Assembly (NCBI GenBank): GCA_963733195.1
Contig: CAVTCR010000065.1
Coordinates: forward strand, 1-64,000
Source of the DNA: an uncultured delta proteobacterium
GTDB lineage: Bacteria > Desulfobacterota > Binatia > Bin18
Length of the DNA: 64,000 nt
Direction of reading: 5' to 3'
In this document: positions 31,101 through 40,455 of the stretch, piece by piece
Layout of the letters: each line of letters opens with the position of its first letter
Position numbering within the stretch: position 1 is the first letter of the stretch
Position numbers and translations under genes: made by a program
The notes under the pieces: generated by a model
Seen by the model: the letters and a program-made list of their open reading frames with translations, nothing else
Databases searched by the model: none
Told to the model about the DNA's origin: nothing

Positions 31101-32888
31101 CTACAACGCAAAGATCCACACCATCCCGCCCTGGCTCGTATGGCGACCGAGGTCTTTCATGAAATCCGCCGGTGGCCGCACATCCGTCGGATCATCGGCA
31201 CGCACATCGCCCGCAACCAGGAACCAGTCGCCGCCGATGCCCGCGTACACCGCCACATACTGTTTGCCATCTGGGCCGGTGTAGGTAATCGGATTGCCTA
31301 CGACTCCAGAGCCGACTTTGAATTTTGCCAGGAGGGCGCCAGTCTTCGCATTGACTGACTTAAACCAACCGTCGAGCGTGCCATAAAATGCCACATCCCC
31401 GGCGGTAACGAGAGCGCCGCTCCAGGCGGGATACGGCTCCTTCACCTCCCACATCTTTTTCCCGTTGGTTGCATCCCAAGCCATAAAAGCACCGAGATGG
31501 CCGCCGGGACCCGCGTGGTACGGTGAATTCACGCCTATGAATGGAGTCCCGCGGATATAGGTGGCGCGCGTAGCCGCGAAGTCCATGCAGAAGTTGTTCG
31601 TTGAGGTGTAGAAGAGTCCGGTGCGTGGCGAATAGGCGCCTGGCGAGGCTGGACTTACCCCACCCTCAAGACTGGGGCAAATACCCTTGATATTGCCCTT
31701 CGAGGCGCCGGTTTGTTTGCTGGGGTTCAGTACTGGTCGCCCAGTCGTGAGGTCAATCGAGGTCGCCCACGTTACCGTCACAAAAGGTGGCGCAGAGAGG
31801 ACCTCGCCTGTCGCACGGTCCAGGGTGTATTGGAAGCCATTCTTGTTGAACGACACCAGCGTTTTGCGTGGGCGTCCGCCGATCTTGAGATCAGCCAGAA
31901 TCATGGGGGCGTTTGCATCGTAGTCCCAATTGTCGTGCGGTGTAAATTGATACGCCCACACCAGCGCGCCATCTGATGGCCGTCGTGCGAGTACACTTGA
32001 GGCCCATTTGTTATCACCCGGACGTTGCTCAGGATTGTAAGGCGCAGGATTTCCGGTGCCGTAGTACAGCAGGTCGAGTTCCGGATCGTAGGATATTCCT
32101 CCCCACACCGGAGCACCGCCGGTCTTCCAGGCCTCGGCTGGCCAGCTCGACTTCCCAAGCTCAACTCCCTTATCGTAGAACGGCTTAAAGGTGTTGGCAT
32201 TGATGCGCATGTCAGCGTCGGGACCGAGATTGTGCGCGGTCCAGAGAACCTTGCCGGTCTTCACGTCGAGTCCTTTGACCCAGCCGTAGATGCCAAACTC
32301 GCCGCCCGAGGCGCCGACAATCACGCGGTCCTTGACCACCACGGGCGCCATCGGCGTCGTTTCACCCTGGCCGACATCGGCAATCGTGGTGCTCCACACT
32401 TCGCGTCCTGTGAACGCATCGACTGCCACGGTGTGTCCGTCCAGAAGATTGTAAATAATTTTGCCATCGGCGAAGAACGCCCCGCGATTGATCACATCAC
32501 AGCACGCGATACCAATGGCGTTGGGGCTCACGGCCGGACGGTACTTCCACTTCAGCGGGTAGCCTTCCTTTGTGAGGTCGAAGGCGTAAAGCACGTTCGG
32601 ATACGGCGTGACCACGTACATGGTGTTATGGACCACCAGTGGCTGCCCTTCGTGTCCAGCCAGCACTCCCGTGGAAAACGTCCACACCGGGCGAAGCCCT
32701 CTGGCATTCGCGGCAGTGATCTGTGCCAACCCGCTATAGCGCGTAGAAGCGTAGTCTTTGGCGGGCATCGTCCACTGGCCGTCTTCTGCTCCCTGCGTCG
32801 CCCCACACGCGAAGACAAGCATCATGTGCATCGCAGCCGTCCGGGCGAAAACCCAGGTCAGTCTGTGGGCCAATTGAACGTATTTCAT
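31101..32888 (-). CDS. PQQ-dependent methanol/ethanol-family dehydrogenase, XoxF-like (lanthanide-type D-Y-D)
   Basis: WTFSTGV..GHEG.PL, vicinal CCD..NRG, GGEFG, GTGNPAP, RPGDNKW, PHDNWDYD. Confidence 0.88.
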   Translation of the reverse strand: MKYVQLAHRLTWVFARTAAMHMMLVFACGATQGAEDGQWTMPAKDYASTRYSGLAQITAANARGLRPVWTFSTGVLAGHEGQPLVVHNTMYVVTPYPNVLYAFDLTKEGYPLKWKYRPAVSPNAIGIACCDVINRGAFFADGKIIYNLLDGHTVAVDAFTGREVWSTTIADVGQGETTPMAPVVVKDRVIVGASGGEFGIYGWVKGLDVKTGKVLWTAHNLGPDADMRINANTFKPFYDKGVELGKSSWPAEAWKTGGAPVWGGISYDPELDLLYYGTGNPAPYNPEQRPGDNKWASSVLARRPSDGALVWAYQFTPHDNWDYDANAPMILADLKIGGRPRKTLVSFNKNGFQYTLDRATGEVLSAPPFVTVTWATSIDLTTGRPVLNPSKQTGASKGNIKGICPSLEGGVSPASPGAYSPRTGLFYTSTNNFCMDFAATRATYIRGTPFIGVNSPYHAGPGGHLGAFMAWDATNGKKMWEVKEPYPAWSGALVTAGDVAFYGTLDGWFKSVNAKTGALLAKFKVGSGVVGNPITYTGPDGKQYVAVYAGIGGDWFLVAGDVRADDPTDVRPPADFMKDLGRHTSQGGMVWIFAL

Positions 32889-33119
32889 GTTTTCCTCATG
32901 TGCGTTCGGGTAGATGATCGGCGCCTTCTCATGCAACGTGTTGACATATATTTCCTCTGCAACGCACAACGTCACTACTGCACTTCGTGTGATATGTTTG
33001 AGCCCTCACTGTCCCTGAGTCGTGCCTTTCCCTGCCTTGTGGGACTCGATGAACCGAGTAACCTCGACCAGGTTGTTGCGAAACATAGTGAACAACGTGG
33101 AGGAGGGCATGTTTATGAA

Positions 33120-33215
33120 ATATAACGCTAAAGCTCAGCAGCCGGGCCGCCCGACTGGCGCAATACCTCGGAAGGGCGTAATGGCGGCCCGGTCTGCTGT
33201 AGCGGCTTGTTCGGC
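33120..33215 (-). other. integron attC site (96 bp)
   Basis: minus strand GCCGAAC-AAGCC-GCTACAGC-AGACCGGGCCGCC..GGCGGCCCGGCT-GCTGAGC-TTTAGC-GTTATAT. Confidence 0.88.
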
Positions 33216-33282
33216 TTGAATATTTACGATTTCTTCCCTTTTCCGTCCCTTTTCCGCTCTGTCCCCTGTTCCGCTCTCGCAG

Positions 33283-34263
33283 CTACTTGAGCCGCGGGTC
33301 GTCATCCCATAGGACCTGGTAGCCTCCGCCATCATCGACAAATAGAATTGCCCCGCGACCGCCTACCCTTGCATGGGTCACGCCTTCGACCTTCATCCTT
33401 TTGTGGAACCGCACATTCTCGAAGTGACGGACAACCCCTTGAGCATTGCCGTCCCACGAATAGAGTGCGAACGGGGCTTTCGATGCACTGGTCGAATTGC
33501 CGGCGACGATCAGCCATACACCGCGCGAAGGGTCGAACCCGATCGTTCGAATGCCCTGCTCTCCCCGGTCGTCCTTGATTGCAAGGGAAACTGGCGGCAG
33601 CATCTCGAAGTTGCTCAGATGCCACGGACCGTCCACCCGTTTGAGCCGGACCCGCAGGATGAGCGGTTTCCCCTCGATGACGGGTGTGCGCACTCCCAAC
33701 AGCAGCACCTCCTCGGTCGGGCTCCACCCCAGTCCTTCGACGTTCAGCCCACCGTCATCGGGCAGGTACCTCGGAGACTTCCCCAGTTCCGGAGCGTTTT
33801 CAACAATCCATTCTCGAAATGCCGAAAGGACCTCCGCTTCGAGCCGGTCATCCTCTCCGAATGAAATCCTCAAGAGGCAGTTTCTGGCCGTGGATTCTTT
33901 GCCTCGCTTGCTCTTCTTTTTGTGACGTCTTTTTCTCTGCTTCAAGCTGAGCGAGGGGATCACGACAATGAGGCTGCCGCCTTCCGTACGCACATGCGTC
34001 ATTCCTTCAAGATCGTCCACGGTTCCCGGTTCAATCCCTCTGATCGGACGCCTGATGAGCGGGCAGGCCATTTTTCCATCAGCCGCGAGCCGAAGCTCAA
34101 AGAGTGCATCGCCGATGTTGTTATCGCAAAAGAGAAACTTGGAATCGTCAATAGCGACGATTTCGGAAGCGTTGTAGGGCTCAGGGCCGGGTCGCTCGCC
34201 AAAGGCGATCGGCTTGATGCTTGGGTTCTTCTCAGGCTTTTCATCCCTTTGTTTTCGCAACAC
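33283..34263 (-). CDS. DUF3616-like (beta-propeller) protein
   Basis: DLEG, GGLNVEGL, LLGVRTP, GIR, KVEGV motifs. Confidence 0.7.
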   Translation of the reverse strand: MLRKQRDEKPEKNPSIKPIAFGERPGPEPYNASEIVAIDDSKFLFCDNNIGDALFELRLAADGKMACPLIRRPIRGIEPGTVDDLEGMTHVRTEGGSLIVVIPSLSLKQRKRRHKKKSKRGKESTARNCLLRISFGEDDRLEAEVLSAFREWIVENAPELGKSPRYLPDDGGLNVEGLGWSPTEEVLLLGVRTPVIEGKPLILRVRLKRVDGPWHLSNFEMLPPVSLAIKDDRGEQGIRTIGFDPSRGVWLIVAGNSTSASKAPFALYSWDGNAQGVVRHFENVRFHKRMKVEGVTHARVGGRGAILFVDDGGGYQVLWDDDPRLK

Positions 34264-34340
34264 GAGTATACTCCTCTTGTTCCACCCTGCGATTTGCCTG
34301 CTTGCCTCTTGATCGCCTCAAATTCACGAGACTCTCCGGC

Positions 34341-34380
34341 GCCGAACGCATGTTAATTGGCCCAAAGAAAATTGGCAAAC
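34341..34380 (-). other. candidate attI site (start of cassette array)
   Basis: minus strand GCCAATTAACATGC-GTTCGGC; GTTCGGC is the exact complement of R'' GCCGAAC at 33209-33215; no attC palindrome; AT-rich context. Confidence 0.55.
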
Positions 34381-34487
34381 CTTGTTGTTTCTGCAAAATA
34401 AGCTACCCACGAAATTTTCTGAATCATCTGCCATTCCTTCGTCATTTACAAGAGTTACTGGGCGTATTCTCGAAATACTCTCTAGGT

Positions 34488-34514
34488 GTTATTTTGCACA
34501 ACCTGCAAAATAAC
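34488..34514. promoter_or_regulatory. perfect 11-bp inverted repeat, candidate operator
   Basis: GTTATTTTGCA-CAACC-TGCAAAATAAC; extra TGCAAAATAA half-site at 34392-34401. Confidence 0.4.
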
Positions 34515-34599
34515 CCGGACATGGCCGATGCTGTTATCGTGCTCAACAGACTCACTCAGCCTTTCACAACGATCCGCTGGACTGTGCATCCCTTGTCCT

Positions 34600-34668
34600 C
34601 TTCGGTCATCCTTCGACTTCGTTTGCGCGTAGCTTGTCCTAAGCTTAGTCGAAGGGCTTAGGACGAGC
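34600..34668. repeat. palindromic repeat, same family as the 4242-4396 internal hairpins
   Basis: CCTTCGACT..GTCCTAAGC..AGTCGAAGGGCTTAGGAC. Confidence 0.55.
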
Positions 34669-34773
34669 AGAGAAAAATTCGCGTCCCCCGAGCTTTTGGT
34701 AATGCACCTCGCCGTTGTCTTGCCTGGGCGTGCATGTTAGGGTTCTCGCACTTTTTTCGGGGAGTACTCCACT

Positions 34774-35974
34774 GTGGCTGATGTGAAGAAAGTCGTGCTC
34801 GCCTACAGCGGCGGCTTAGATACCTCGGTCATCCTGCGTTGGTTGATCGATACCTATAAGTGTGAAGTCATTGCCTTCTGTGCTGATCTCGGACAAGGCG
34901 AAGAGCTGGCGCCAGTTGAAGAGAAAGCCAAGAAGGTCGGTGCGAGTAAGATTTACATTGAAGACCTGCGCGAAGAGTTCGTCCGCGATTTCGTCTTCCC
35001 GATGTTGCGGGCCAACACCTTTTACGAAGGTGGTTATCTGCTCGGGACGTCGATCGCGCGACCGCTGATTGCCAAACGGCAAATTGAGATCGCCCGCAAA
35101 GAAGGAGCGAATTCTGTTTCCCATGGTGCGACCGGGAAGGGCAATGATCAGGTGCGCTTCGAGTTGACCTATTATGCACTCGAACCCAACATTCAGATCA
35201 TCGCGCCGTGGCGGACCTGGGACATGCGTTCACGTTCTGACCTCATCGCCTATGCCGAAGCTCGTAACATTCCGATCCCTGTCACCAAAGAGAAACCGTA
35301 CAGTACGGATCGTAACCTCCTGCACATCAGTTACGAAGGTGGCATTCTCGAAGACCCCTGGCGTGAACCGTATGATGACATGTTCGTACTTTCTGTCTCT
35401 CCTGAAAAAGCGCCAGACACGCCTGAGTATGTCGAGATCGATTTCACGGCGGGGAATCCAACTGCCGTAAACGGAGAACCTCTGTCGCCAGCGACCTTAC
35501 TTGCGAAGCTCAATACACTCGGGGGCAAGCACGGGGTTGGTCGCCTTGATCTTGTCGAGAACCGCTATGTCGGGATGAAGTCACGCGGTGTGTACGAAAC
35601 CCCCGGTGGAACAATTCTGCACGCTGCGCATCGTGCGATCGAGTCGATTACCCTTGACCGTGAAGTGATGCATCTGCGTGATTCGCTTATCTCTCAGTAT
35701 GCCGAGATGGTGTACTACGGCTACTGGTTCGCGCCTGAGCGTGAGATGTTGCAGGTCGCAATTGACGAGTCGCAGAAGAATGTCACTGGCACAGTGCGGC
35801 TCAAGCTTTATAAAGGCAACGTAATGGTTGCTGGCCGCAAATCGCAGAAGACACTGTACAATCCCGATGTCGCGACGTTCGAGGCTGGCGGCGATTATCG
35901 TCAAGCCGATGCTGAAGGATTTATTCGTCTCGAATGCGCTGCGTTTGCGATTACGGGCGTTGGCACAGAAATAG
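34774..35974 (+). CDS. argG: argininosuccinate synthase (+1 indel near 35932)
   Basis: [33 protein letters not shown]; corrected end [15 protein letters not shown]. Confidence 0.97.
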
Positions 35975-36074
35975 CTTTCAGCTGAAAAGGGGTAAAAGGG
36001 CAAAAGGGGAAATGGGTAAGAGGAAAAAAGGGACGGGAGATGGTCGTCAGTTTTTCCAATCAAGCCACGTAGAT

Positions 36075-36173
36075 AGATCTCCAAGGCTGTCCCTGAGTGC
36101 AACGAAGGGTCTTCTAGAGCCTGTCCTGCCATCGAGTGCGAGCCTGAGCGTAGTCGAAGGGCTCAGAATGACA
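36075..36173. repeat. palindromic repeat (CCTGAG..CGAAGGG family)
   Basis: CCCTGAGTGCAACGAAGGG and CCTGAGCGTAGTCGAAGGGCTCAGAATGAC, resembling 4242-4396. Confidence 0.55.
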
Positions 36174-36307
36174 AACGCGAGTAGTCACGTTACCGGTGTA
36201 TATCTGTCATGCGGTTCAATTCAGAGTTAAAAGATCCATTCCGTCATTTTCTCCTTTCACCATTTCCCCTCCGCATTTTCTGAGACGGAAGACTGGTCTT
36301 CCCCCGT

Positions 36308-37687
36308 ATGAAACCGGAACGAACGAAAAAAGCCTGGGCTGGGCGATTCGCCGAGGGAGCGCATCCGCTGATGGAAGCGTTCACTTCCTCGCTGCACTTC
36401 GACAAAAAGCTTGCACCCTACGATATTCGCGGCAGCATCGCCCATTGCCGGATGTTGGTGAAGCAAAAGATTCTAACGCGAGCTGAAGGTGACAAGATCG
36501 TGAAAGGACTCGAAGGGGTTGAACGCGAACTGAACCAAGGGAAATTCGTTTTTCTTTCTTCTGACGAAGATATCCACATGGCGATTGAGCGACGACTGAC
36601 GGAGAAAATTGGTCCAGTTGGCGGAAAGTTGCACACCGCCCGTAGCCGCAATGATCAGGTGTTGCTCGATGTCCGGCTTTATCTGCGCGATGAGATTGCC
36701 AACATTCTCGATCTGTTGAGTGCGTTGCAGCGGCAGCTCGCACGGATGGCAAAGCGGTATAGTAATCTGGTCATACCGGGCTACACCCATCTGCAGCGTG
36801 CACAGCCGGTTACGTTAGCTCACCATCTGTTAGCATATTATGAGATGTTTGGCCGTGATCGTGAACGGTTGCAACAATGCCGTGAGCGTGTGAATGTCCT
36901 TCCCCTCGGAGCAGGAGCGTTGGCAGGGACAACCCTGCCGATCGACCGGCATCACGTGGCACGGTTACTCAACTTCCCGCGCGTGAGTGAGAACAGTCTT
37001 GATACTGTGGCGGACCGTGACTTTCTCATCGAGTTTCTCTCAGTCGGTGCGGTGCTTGGCATGCACCTGAGCCGTATGGCTGAAGAACTGGTGTTATGGT
37101 CAAGCAGCGAGTTTGGCTTCATTGAGTTGCCGGATGCGTTTGCTACCGGCAGTTCGATGATGCCGCAAAAGAAAAATCCCGATGTGGCGGAATTGATTCG
37201 TGGGAAAACCGGGCGGGTCTATGGCAATCTGGTGGCGTTGCTGACGATCCTTAAAGGGCTCCCGCTTTCCTACAACCGCGACTTACAAGAAGACAAAGAG
37301 CCGATGTTTGATACGGTTGACACGATCAAAGGGACGTTAGCGATTCTTGAAGCGATGTTGCCACAACTTGTGTTTCGTGAGGACCGTCTGCGCGACGCCG
37401 CATTGGGTGGGTTTACTCTTGCCACTGATGTCGCTGATTATTTGGTAGAGAAAGGGATGCCGTTTCGTAAAGCGCACGAAGTAGTCGGCGCAGTGGTCCG
37501 TTGGTGCTTAGTGGAAAAGAAGGGACTTGAAGAATTATCTCTGGAACAGTGGAAAGTCTTTTCTCCTGTCATTGAGCAAGATCTTCTTCCTCGTCTTACG
37601 TTGGAATCAGCGGTTGATCGGCGGCGGTCCTATGGCGGCACAGCGCGAACGAATATACAAAAACGATTACGGACAATCGGAATATAA
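36308..37687 (+). CDS. argH: argininosuccinate lyase
   Basis: LHTARSRNDQV, PGYTHLQRAQP, GSSMMPQKKNPD. Confidence 0.98.
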   Translation: MKPERTKKAWAGRFAEGAHPLMEAFTSSLHFDKKLAPYDIRGSIAHCRMLVKQKILTRAEGDKIVKGLEGVERELNQGKFVFLSSDEDIHMAIERRLTEKIGPVGGKLHTARSRNDQVLLDVRLYLRDEIANILDLLSALQRQLARMAKRYSNLVIPGYTHLQRAQPVTLAHHLLAYYEMFGRDRERLQQCRERVNVLPLGAGALAGTTLPIDRHHVARLLNFPRVSENSLDTVADRDFLIEFLSVGAVLGMHLSRMAEELVLWSSSEFGFIELPDAFATGSSMMPQKKNPDVAELIRGKTGRVYGNLVALLTILKGLPLSYNRDLQEDKEPMFDTVDTIKGTLAILEAMLPQLVFREDRLRDAALGGFTLATDVADYLVEKGMPFRKAHEVVGAVVRWCLVEKKGLEELSLEQWKVFSPVIEQDLLPRLTLESAVDRRRSYGGTARTNIQKRLRTIGI

Positions 37688-38280
37688 TGCTCAAAGTTCA
37701 AAGTCTTACGTGTTACGTGTTACGTGTTACGTGTTACGTGTTGCGTGTTGCGTTCCAAGCCTCACGCACTCCGTTTCCCCGTTTTCCCATTTCCCCGTTT
37801 TCCCTTCTCGTTTCTGTCTCTCTTCTCTGTCTCTGTCTGGTTTCCTGCGGTCATAAAACCCCGGTCCGTCCGCCGGAATGGGTGGCGCCGGAAGCGATTG
37901 GCGATCTTGCTCTGGACATCGACAGCAAAAAGAATGTTGTCGTACTGAAATGGGGACGACCGCAAGAATACGTTGATGGGAGTGAAATGGATGACCTCGG
38001 CGGATTTGTCGTCCTGCGAGCGACTGAAGAAGGACAGGGCAAGGAAAGTGCATTCACGCAGGTGGCAACAATCACGGTCGCGGACCGAGACCGGTTCCGT
38101 AAAGCCAAGAAATTTAGCTATACGGACACGCAACTCACCGCCGGGGTACTCTACCGATACCGCGTGCAAGCCGTTACCCTCGATGGTTACTCCAGCGGCC
38201 TATCGAACACCGTCGAATTGGTTTGGAAGGATGGACCTGCCGAGGCGCCGGCACCTGCCCAAACTCCGACGAAGCGCTAG
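37687..38280 (+). CDS. lipoprotein with fibronectin type III-like domain; repeat-derived signal region
   Basis: LVSC-GHKTPVRPP lipobox; YTDT.L..G..YRYRVQAV; TAATG coupling to argH. Confidence 0.8.
   Translation: MLKVQSLTCYVLRVTCYVLRVAFQASRTPFPRFPISPFSLLVSVSLLCLCLVSCGHKTPVRPPEWVAPEAIGDLALDIDSKKNVVVLKWGRPQEYVDGSEMDDLGGFVVLRATEEGQGKESAFTQVATITVADRDRFRKAKKFSYTDTQLTAGVLYRYRVQAVTLDGYSSGLSNTVELVWKDGPAEAPAPAQTPTKR
37706..37806 (+). repeat. heptamer tandem repeat (TTACGTG)n plus CCCCGTTT-type octamers
   Basis: five perfect TTACGTG units plus degenerate TTGCGTG units. Confidence 0.85.
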
Positions 38281-38440
38281 TTGACGAAGCTAACGCATGA
38301 GTAAAGAATGCAGAATGAAAAACAGAAGTAATGAAGAATTAAAAATGCAAAATGAAGAATGGCGAAAAGAAAAACTGGAAATAATTTTCGTCTTCCTCTG
38401 AAATTTTCATTTTTAACTCTTAATTCTTAATTGGTGTTAT

Positions 38441-39271
38441 ATGAGACTTCCTTTCACCAAAATGCACGGTATTAGTAATGACTATGTGTACGTCAACGCC
38501 TTTACAACGAAGGTCACCGATGCACCTACCGTCGCACAGAAAGTGAGTGACCGCCGCACAGGTATTGGTGGAGACGGACTCATTCTGATTTGTCCGTCCG
38601 ATACTGCTCACGCACGTATGGAAATGTACAACGCAGACGGCAGTCGCGGGAAAATGTGTGGCAATGGCATTCGTTGTGTTGGGAAGTACGTGTATGAACA
38701 TGGCTTAGTGCGAGTGAACCCCTTAAAGATTGATACTGACACCGGCGTGAAGACGCTCTTCCTTGAACTCAACGAAGGGAAGGTTTCTCGCGTGACTGTC
38801 GATATGGGCGAGCCGATCCTTGATGGTCCGAGCATTCCGGTGGCTGCGAATGGACAAGTCATCAACCAACCTCTAGAGGTAGGAGGGAAATCCTATCAAG
38901 TGACGTGCGTATCGACAGGGAATCCGCATTGTGTCACTTTTGTCGACGCAGTTGAGCCGTTGGCATTAGAAAAGATTGGACCGAAATTTGAGCACCATCC
39001 GTTCTTTCCTGATCGCGTGAACACTGAGTTTATTCAGGTCGTGAGTCCGACTGAGCTGAATATGCGCGTGTGGGAGCGTGGCTCAGGAGAGACCTGGGCA
39101 TGCGGGACTGGCGCATGTGCTGCTGCGGTTGCCGCTGTGCTCAACAACAAAGCCGAACGACGTGTGACGATCCATCTCCGTGGTGGCGATCTGGAGATTG
39201 AATGGCGAGCCGAGGACAATCACATGTATATGACCGGACCTGCTGAAGAAGTATTTGAGGGAGACGATTGA
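38441..39271 (+). CDS. dapF: diaminopimelate epimerase
   Basis: FTKMHG..ND, NADGS..MCGNG, GNPH, ERGSGET.ACGTGA. Confidence 0.97.
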   Translation: MRLPFTKMHGISNDYVYVNAFTTKVTDAPTVAQKVSDRRTGIGGDGLILICPSDTAHARMEMYNADGSRGKMCGNGIRCVGKYVYEHGLVRVNPLKIDTDTGVKTLFLELNEGKVSRVTVDMGEPILDGPSIPVAANGQVINQPLEVGGKSYQVTCVSTGNPHCVTFVDAVEPLALEKIGPKFEHHPFFPDRVNTEFIQVVSPTELNMRVWERGSGETWACGTGACAAAVAAVLNNKAERRVTIHLRGGDLEIEWRAEDNHMYMTGPAEEVFEGDD

Positions 39272-39415
39272 GATTTAAGTAACGAGTAATGAGCATTGCT
39301 ACGTCACATCGAAGCAGGAAAAAGTCGGGAGACGGGCCTCAGAGCAGCAGTCGCACTTTCACCTCACCCTCGATCCCTCATCACGCAGTGACAGTGCCTT
39401 CGACTGGAGGAAACT

Positions 39416-40309
39416 ATGGGAACCGCACCGACGAATTTTGCTGGGTCTTTTGTTGCACTCGTGACACCGTTTAAGAACGGCAAAGTGGACGAGAAACGTC
39501 TCGGTGAACTCGTCGAATGGCACATCAAGAGTGGAACCCATGGGATTGTTCCCTGCGGCACAACTGGTGAGTCTGCGACGCTTTCCCACGATGAACATAC
39601 ACAAGTGGTCAAGTTCGTTGTAGAGACGGTCAAGAAACGGGTGCCAGTGGTTGCTGGTACAGGTTCGAACTCGACGGCAGAAGCGATCCGGCTGACGCGT
39701 GAAGCCCAAGAAGTCGGTGCCGACGGTGCGCTGATGATCTCGCCGTATTACAACCGTCCGACGCAAGAAGGGATCTATCAGCATTATAAAGCCGTTGCTC
39801 AGGCGGTGCCGGGGTTTCCGATTATTTTCTACAACATTCCGGGTCGTACCGGTTCGAATATCGAGCCATCAACGATGGCGCGGATGGCTGAGATCAGTAA
39901 CATCGTCGGCGTTAAAGAGGCGACAGGTTCCATCGACCAGGTGATCAACATTCGCCTGGCATGTGGTGAGAAACTCGCGATCCTTTCTGGTGAAGATACG
40001 CTTACCTTTTCGATGATGTCACTAGGTGGCAAAGGTGTGATTAGCACCGTGGCCAATATCGCCCCGCGGGAAATGGCCGAGGTTGCCAACGCGGCGTTAG
40101 CGAAACAGTGGGACAAAGCGGCTCAGCTACAGTTGCAATTGACGCCATTGATCCGTGCCCTGTTTGTCGAAACCAATCCAGGTCCAGTGAAAACAGCGAT
40201 GGCGCTGATGGGCAAATGCGAGCCAGATCTGCGCTTGCCATTAGTGTCGATGTCGGAAGGCAATGCGGCAAAGCTCAAGGAGACGCTCAAGGAGTACCGG
40301 CTGATCTAG
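39416..40309 (+). CDS. dapA: 4-hydroxy-tetrahydrodipicolinate synthase
   Basis: ALVTPF, GTTGES, YNIPGRT, GVKEATG, ETNPGPVK. Confidence 0.97.
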   Translation: MGTAPTNFAGSFVALVTPFKNGKVDEKRLGELVEWHIKSGTHGIVPCGTTGESATLSHDEHTQVVKFVVETVKKRVPVVAGTGSNSTAEAIRLTREAQEVGADGALMISPYYNRPTQEGIYQHYKAVAQAVPGFPIIFYNIPGRTGSNIEPSTMARMAEISNIVGVKEATGSIDQVINIRLACGEKLAILSGEDTLTFSMMSLGGKGVISTVANIAPREMAEVANAALAKQWDKAAQLQLQLTPLIRALFVETNPGPVKTAMALMGKCEPDLRLPLVSMSEGNAAKLKETLKEYRLI

Positions 40310-40455
40310 GAGCCAGGGTACAGGGGTCGGAGTTCAAGGTTTTAAGTTCAAGGTTTGGACACGAATCACGCAACACGAATCGCTTGATTCAATGCTCGTT
40401 AGTCGGCGTTGTCCGGTCCTTCTGGTATCCTCTGCAATCTAAAAGGAAGACTCCC

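Noticed and set aside
32025-33125. Long + strand ORF (366 aa) and similar antisense ORFs over katG, phoD and hyfB
   Set aside because: Shadow ORFs of GC-rich genes with no motifs
34356-34773. intI remnant
   Set aside because: No tyrosine recombinase motifs recognised in the translations examined
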